From positions 496,001 to 560,000 of the forward strand of contig MU056550.1 of assembly GCA_013239625.1 (NCBI GenBank): a DNA stretch of 64,000 nucleotides, given 5' to 3'. Under the pieces are notes generated by a model. The model made no database searches, was not told where the DNA came from, and saw only the letters and a program-made list of their open reading frames with translations. Numbering within the stretch: the stretch's first letter is position 1; each line of letters begins with the position of its first letter. The stretch is from Lama guanicoe. Its lineage: Eukaryota. Of the stretch, positions 57,037-64,000 are shown in pieces. A program made the translations under genes and the position numbers.

Positions 57037-57050
57037 GTAACCATGGCAAC
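57037..57050. promoter_or_regulatory. RFX X-box
   Basis: GTAACCATGGCAAC matches GTNRCCNNRGYAAC. Confidence 0.6.
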
Positions 57051-58389
57051 TGCCTTCTGGGTGGGATTGCTGTGACTTTATCAGAAAGTTCCCTTTTCCT
57101 TCAGCTTTCGGACACTCCAGAGTTCACTGAATTTTGAAGTGTGGTCTTACTCTATCCTGGAGCTAAGCTTTTTTGCGGCAGAAACCGTTCCCCAGTTCAG
57201 TAATGCAAGCCGGCAGGGGAAGAGTCTAGAAACCTGCTCCAATGACAACTTTTTTTCCCCAAGTTGCCCACAATCACTATGTTTACCCCCAGTAAATATG
57301 ATAATCGGGGCCAGGCGATCGTGGAGGCTTGTTCTCTTGCTGCAGATGATGACTTTTATCCCTGGGGTGAAATGCCTGGTGTGTCCCAGGCGCTGCACTA
57401 GGCTCTTTGTGCCCTCTCCCTAACATACACCCTGCCCAGCAGAGATTGATGGGACATTTGACAGATGAGACCCAAGGAAGGAAGGAGCTGCTCCTGTGCC
57501 TCACCGTCAGTCCCTCATACTCATTCCACCTGGACCCGGCCGGCTGGCTCCATCTCAGGGATGCTGTGGTCCGCGCCTGATTCTCTCTGCCTCCGGAGAG
57601 CCCCCGTGAAGCGTGGAGCCTTAGGGGAGGAGCTGCTGGGGGGAGAGTGGGGGCACCCTGTGGACAGAAGGGGCTTCAGGGGGTCAGGTGAGGGCAGGAG
57701 AGTGAGTTCACCTGGAGGTGATGTCCAGTGAGAAGAGAGCCTGGACCAGAAAGCTGAGGACCGCCACATTCCAAGAGTCGCCTGCCCTCTGCTGACCTCC
57801 AAGGACAGGCTATTAAGACTCACAGCCCCGGTGCCCAGGCCGGACCCGAAGCAGACACCCAGTGAACACTTGCTTTGTCTGGGAGTGATGCCGTCTTGTT
57901 GGGGGGGGGAGGTGCATCGTTGCAGCTGCTCTGGCAAGGATGCCTTTTCCCCTGTTATCCCGCTGATGTATCTAAAATTAGCTGGTCGATACTGTAAATA
58001 CAGTGGAAAGGTCAGGCCTCCTGCAGCCTGCAGTGACTTTGACCAAGTGAGAAAGCACAGCTGTTTAAAATGGTACAGCTGGCCCGGGGAAGCTCAGGGC
58101 TGGACGGTGTGAGATTCCTCCCTTCCCCAACCACCTGCGGCCGATGTCAGCTCGTCTGGCTCATTCTAGCCCGAGAACGGCCCGTGTGCGGTAGGCCTGG
58201 CCTCTGGCGCACTCCAGCTGCACCGCTTTCACCAGGAGGGTCGCTCAGCATCCTTCCTCGCTGCGCTCCCAGACTCTCCATCCACCCTCCAAACTGGCCC
58301 CTAGAGAAGCCGCCTAAAGAACACGCCAAGCATTATTACTGTTATTACCATTATTATTACTATTCTAGCATTTACTAAAAGATTAATAT

Positions 58390-58600
58390 CCCCCAAGCCC
58401 AACACCAAGCACTTTACACATATTATTCTTAATCTCAGCACGACCCCAGGACAGAGTTACTGTGGTCATCCCCATTTTACAGATGGGGAAACCAAGGCTC
58501 GGAGCGGTGGAACGCATTGCCTCGAGGCCACAGAGGCAACTAAGTAGCAGCCCCGGGTCTCCAGCCCAGATCTGTTTGCCTCTGGCGCCCTCATTCTTGA
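58390..58600 (-). mobile_element. MIR SINE
   Basis: catccccattttacagatggggaaaccaaggctcggag. Further MIR cores lie near 12.7, 26.85, 29.75, 30.1, 36.5, 53.5, 56.6 and 60.4 kb. Confidence 0.75.
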
Positions 58601-58939
58601 CCTCTACACTGCGCTGAGCAGCCAGAGATGAATGAGGCATGGTTCCCTCGGGGAGCTCCGCGTCTTCAGGGAGACAAACAGGCACAGAGAGAGCTTATCA
58701 AACAAGGTGGGTGCAATGCAGAATGAATGAAGTGCTGTCAGAGAGGGTGCGTGTAACTGGCTGCGGAAGAGGATCCCATGCCTTGCTGAGGACCTGGCCT
58801 TGGAGCTGGCTGCCAGAGGGTGAAGGGTAGGGAACGGCATTTCATGCAGAGGGAACAGCACATCGGGGCCTTGGGTAGACTGAGGAAGACAGAATTCTGA
58901 CCTGGGTAGCAGAAATAATAGGGATGAATCCGGGGCACC

Positions 58940-59800
58940 TGGTGTGACTAACACTCATCTTACACTGAATATTTCCCACACTGAGCCCCCGCTGCACCCC
59001 CAGGCAGCTTCTGCTGTGTCCAGGCTCATCTTCCTTAACAGCAGCTCCCTCTCTCCAGATGCTCAGCCCAGACATCTGGGGGTCATCCTTGACTTCTCTC
59101 TTTCTTTTCCATCTACTAGCTGCAAATTCATCCCACTCGACTTCCAATCTATGTCCAGAATCTGCTCTCTGACCTCCCTCTCTGCTCCTGCTGCTGCCCA
59201 GGCTCAGCTCCCCTTATCCCGCCCTTGGGTTGTTGCTGTCGGCTCTGAACTTGTCCTTGCTCATGGAGTCTATCTTCCACTGTAGTCAGAGTGACCCTTT
59301 TTCAAAAGAAGTCAGATCATGTGAGCCTTCTGTCCTAAACCCTCCAAGGGCTGCCATCAGAGTCAGTCAGGGGAAAGGACCCAGGCTTACAGTGAGAAGA
59401 GACCACAGGGCGACAGACTGCACCCCGCCCTGTGCCTCCCACCTCTCCTTCTCACCCCCTGCCCTCTCCCCTCTGGCCACACTGGCTGCCAGCTATTCCT
59501 GGAGACTCCCATCTGTTACCACCGAGTCCCCGCATCTGCTGCCCCTCTGCCTGGCATCCATGTGAGCCCCCGTCTCAGTCCCTGCAGGGACTCACTCAAG
59601 TCCCCTTCCGACCCAGGCCATCTCTGGCCACCCTCTCGGAAACTTCAAGCTTCCTCTCCCACAGTATTTCAGATCCCCTTGCCCTGATTAAATTGTTCTT
59701 TTTAACAAGATTCAATGCCACTCTTTAACGTCCTGGATATTTGACTTGTCTGGAGAATTGCCTGTTTGCACCATGACCATGTAAACTGCATGAAAGGGGA
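58940..59800 (+). mobile_element. L2 LINE fragment, with an opposite-orientation L2 piece at ~58600-58930
   Basis: gggtcatccttgacttctctc...tgtccagaatct...cagagtgaccctttt...gtcagatcatg. Confidence 0.7.
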
Positions 59801-62716
59801 GATTTGATGTGATTAGCCACTTGGGGCTGGTAGACAGGGAGAAAGAAGAAGGGTCTGGGGGAGAGGTGGGGAAATGAATTTGTGGTCAGAAATAGTGAGC
59901 CCCTAAAGGGGAGCCCTCCTGGGGAGAGGCGAGGCAGGGAGGGAGGGATGGTTGGAGTGGAGTGGATCCAGGAATGGAGAGTCTCTACCTCCTGCGGCTT
60001 CATCCCCTTGGACATTAAGACCACCCAGGATGCAGGCAGCAGACAAGGAGAGGAGAAGTGGGACTGGGGACCACAGCTGCCTAGGACAGCAACGGGGCAC
60101 TGGGCGGATAAGAGATGGATGTGGGTACTTCACTGGTGATGTGATCTTGAAGCAGGAACCCACTATAATCTGGTCACCACTGACCATGATTCATGCCTCT
60201 TCACAGAGGCTCTCTGTCACCTCCGTGTCAAAGTCTAAACCTGCCAGTGGCATTGAAAGTCTCTCATCATTTGCCTTGACCTGCCTCTCCAGGCTCAGCC
60301 TTTCCAATGTGAGATTTCGAAATGGACCCAGACTTTGAAGCCAGAGGAGCTAGGTCAGAGCCCTGGTTCTGCTATGGACTCACCTCTCTGAGCCTCAGTT
60401 TTCCCATCTGCAAAATGGGAATAAAAATGTCTGATTCACAAGGTTCCTGTAGGAATTCAGTGAAAGGCAACATGCATAAACAGACAGAATCCACGACACA
60501 CACTTGATGCCCCACAACAACAGCTGCTGTTTTTACCCATTGCGCCTCCGAGTCTCAGGCTCTCCATCCATATAATGAAGCCAGCGTTACGGACGCAGGG
60601 GCTTGTCTGAGGATTAAATGACAGCAGGTAGATAAAAATGTTTGTGAACAGTAAAGTCTTGGGCAGCAGGAGTGATACCATGTCACACCAATCTCCCTGC
60701 TCTTTCCTTCTTTTTTCACACCCCTGAGCCCTTGATCAAGGCTGCCCGGCAGGCCTCCCTCCCCAGATGGCTCTGCCTGTGCCAGGGCCCCCCTCGGCCC
60801 CCCATTCAGCCTGTCTAGGACCAGAGCTATTTGCTAGTTGGTTAGTTGACGTCTGTCTCCGGTTAGGTTGTGAGCTCTTGCAGGGCACAGAGTGGGGGGT
60901 TCCCACACCAGGGGGTCGGGAGCTCCAGGCCCAAAGTGTGCCCATAATGGGCACTTGATAAATGCTGGTTTAATTGGATTGTGATAAAAGAACCGGAACA
61001 GCTATCTCTCTCTTAACTCCTCTTCCAATCAGATGTCTAACAGTTTCTCCAGGATGGGAATTAATTGAATTGAGGGCCATTTTCCCAGAGAAAAGCAGCC
61101 AATTTAGGATTTTAGAAGTAATTGCAGTTCTGGGTTATGTCCCATTTGAGGGAGGGGAGGAGACGCAGATAAACTCCCAGCAAGTGGGCAGAGGAGTCAC
61201 CGTTGCTTTTAATAAAGGATGAACTTAAGATTACTTACAAAGTGCCCTCCCACCAGCTAAGATTCCTTCCAATGCCTGACCACCGGCCCCCCACCCCGAT
61301 ACCTGCTGCATGGGGGTTCAGAGAGGGAGCCACAGGCCTCCTGGTTCTGCTTCAAATTCCAACTGCCTGCACAATCTTCAGGGCGGTATTGGCTTAGCCT
61401 CTGCCGGACTCGCTTCCCTGGAGCTACAGGTCATCGTCCGTTTCCCACAGCTTCCTTCACAGACCACATCCCAGACCTCAGTGCATCTCTAGCCTGGACC
61501 ATCCCATCGGCTGCTTTGCTGGGATTCTTGCTCCTGCAGGCTCCCACTCCCATGCATCCTTCCCACTATCTTTCTGGAAGACACATCTGAAAATGCCCTC
61601 CCCTTCTTTTTCCCCTGAAAAACTCCTACTCTTCCTTTCAAACCCAGCTGAAATGGTACCTCATCTCTAAAACCTTTCTCTAAACCTTTCTGCACTGAAG
61701 GCTACTCCCTTGTATGTCTCTTTTAACATTGGCCACTTGACGTAAGCTTGCTTTGATGTGTATATCTGCCCTGCCATGTGCCCTTAAAGAGCCTGGACAA
61801 TGTTGGCGGAATTCTTGGTGTTTCTAGTGTCAGTGGAGGTGAGAGGATGGAGGGGACGAAGGGAGACTGTCTCTGCATCTTGAGTGTGGCCAAAGTTCCC
61901 CAGAAAGCCACCTTCTCTGCTGCTCACAGAGACCTCTGCAATTCCCTGGCTTGGAGGTATAGGTGGTGCTAAGAAGGTGAGCGGTTCCAGCTAAGCAGAC
62001 AGAAGTCAGACCAAGGTCCTGTCCCAGTGAAAAGACTAGAGGGCAAATCAGGGAACCAGATGCAGGCAGTGAGACCCAGGGGAAGACAGCAGCTGCGTGG
62101 GTACCAGCCGGCTGCCTGGATGATTGGCTGCCCAGGCTCACCCTCAAAAGGCAGCTAAGGCACCTTCGCCTTGCAGAAGCTCCTGCTGGAGGGTCTGAGC
62201 CTGGTGGGATAAGGAGTCCTAACCCACTGGGCCGTGAGCTCCTTGGGGACAGAGACTGTCTGGTTGTTCTGTGTTCCAGCATCTCCTGGCGCAGAGCCAA
62301 GCACAGGGAATATCTGTGGACGGGATGCTGGCTTGCTAGCTGGGGTTGGTGCAGAGAGCACAGGACAGAGAGCCTGGAGTTTGGAGGTGTCGGGGCCTGA
62401 AGCTACGTGGAGCTGAGAAGGACACACACACCACAGATCCCAGGAGCCCAGGCCCCGCCTCCCCAACTCTCCAACCCTTAACCATGCCTACGCCCTGCTC
62501 TGGTTGAGTTGAGTTGCCTTTGCCAGAGTCCTGAGGTCCATCCACCTCCTCACAGTGATTTAGAGGCGCTTTTGGAGCAGGTGATGTGGCATCCTTGACA
62601 CCCATAGGAGACACAAAACAGTGGCTCTGTGTGTCCTTTCTGATGCCTAATTATCCCCCTGGGCTGTGGGCTCTGAGTGGTGTGTTCCCCGAGCGTGTCA
62701 TCAAGAAGATGCCATG

Positions 62717-62971
62717 CAGAGGGTGGGAAGGGACAGACTGGGATTTCAAAACTTGTAGACACTGACAGGCATATGCAGAATAGATAAGCAAGATTATACT
62801 GTAGAGCACAGGGAAATATATACAAGATCTTGCGGTAGCTCACAGTGAAAAAAAATGTGACAATGACTATATGTATGTTCATGTATAACTGAAAAATTGT
62901 GCTCTACGCTGGAATTTGACACAACATTGTAAAATGACTATAAAGCAATTATAAAATGCAAAAAAAAAAAA
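62717..62971 (+). mobile_element. 5'-truncated young L1 3' end with poly(A) tail (camelid-type)
   Basis: L1 3' UTR motifs (ctgtagagcacagggaaatat..., acacaacattgtaaaatgactat), A-rich tail, degenerate target-site duplication aagaagatgccat / aaaaaggcgccac. Confidence 0.85.
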
Positions 62972-63849
62972 GGCGCCACATCAGGTTCTGAGCAGTGATT
63001 ATCTCTGGGTGCTTGGTTTTCAGGAGAGCTGAGCTATCTTCCTTGTCCTTTTCAGCGTCTTTCCTAACATAGACACTGTACCCATAGTGTTTTGATAACC
63101 AGAAAATGCAACAACCACTACTATCTGTAGCGTAAAGAAAGATGCTGTGAGAGTGCTGCCTGTGTGAGGTGGAGCTGACACGGCTGGAGGGGTTAGGAAA
63201 GACTTAGGAGATGTTTGGGATTCTGGAGGGCCGGCAGGAGACGAAAGCAGCGGGACCCCGCTGTATTCCTGACCAGAGGGTAGTGCCATTGGGTTAGCGG
63301 GCAGGGTCTGGTCAGAGGCAATGGGAGATATGGCTAGAACAGAAGGATGGGCCCAACTGGGAAGAGTTCTGAATGCCAGGAGAGACCCAAACTTGATCCT
63401 GAAGGAGACAGGAAGTCATCACGAACCCGTGAGCTGGGGAGCTCTGGTTGGGAGCTGGGAGCTGTTGATGGCCCACTCGGACTGTGGTAACCGAGTGGAA
63501 GTTGTCTCAGCGGGTGAGATGGGCTGGGAGACTGAGCCGCAGGGGCAGGGGGCTGGGGACGGGAGCAGACGTGGGGGGCAGGACAGGATTCTGTCCGGCA
63601 AATGTCCTGAGCCAGAGAGAGATGGGAGGCTCTTTGGAAGAGATGGGATGTTTGGAGGAGGAGGTAGAAAGGTACACGTGTTCAGACCCTCCTGAAGTGG
63701 ACCTCTCCATCCCCTGCCACAGACTTAGTTCAAGTCTCCATTATCTCTCCATGAGTTTTCATTACAGCTTCCTAACTGCCCCCCTGTGCTCCCCCATGGC
63801 TCCCTCCCATCCTGTCCCCAAGGACAGCCAGCCAGTGGGCACCTGGTAA

Positions 63850-64000
63850 AGCAGGGCTCCTCGCGCATGGAGGGGCATGTGAGTCATGGAGCCCCTGTTA
63901 ACCTGCAGGTTCTGGTTCAGTAGGCCCAGGGTGAGGTCAGAAAGTCTGTCTTTCCAATGAGTTCCGGAGGATGGCCATGTGCTCATCCTCAGACCACACT
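63850..64000 (-). mobile_element. MER5-like hAT MITE (cut by window end)
   Basis: tgcaggttctggttcagtagg...gtgagg...cagaccacact. Confidence 0.55.

Noticed and set aside
40300-64000. A second protein-coding gene, RNA gene, CRISPR-like array or foreign insert upstream
   Set aside because: No ORF with recognisable homology, no phase-consistent exon chain, no regularly spaced repeats and no compositional break. A lncRNA cannot be excluded without expression data.

Overview
This is mammalian genomic DNA, most likely camelid: it has a camelid-type tRNA-derived SINE and L1 3' end, and I saw no Alu, B1 or Bov-A/B elements. It holds one complete protein-coding gene on the minus strand, WSCD1 (two WSC domains plus a sulfotransferase domain; reported as sialate:O-sulfotransferase 1). 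I rebuilt the 8 coding exons by hand from GT-AG boundaries: 430+115+185+122+160+165+201+353 = 1731 nt, 576 aa, ending TGA-TAA. A probable non-coding exon 1 lies in a CpG island at ~38.7-39.8 kb, with the start site probably in or next to an N gap. The 3' UTR is ~3.9 kb, ending at an AATAAA at 774-779. The ~24 kb upstream has no gene I can support, only old repeats (MIR, L2, L3, L1, hAT/Tigger MITEs, LTRs) and candidate regulatory sites. I found no new gene system. The best leads are five uORFs in the 5' UTR, an RE1/REST site and two palindromic RFX X-boxes upstream, introns offset by 1 nt between the two WSC domains, and a furin-type RKRR site formed by splicing. Repeat family names come from remembered consensus sequences and their edges are approximate.
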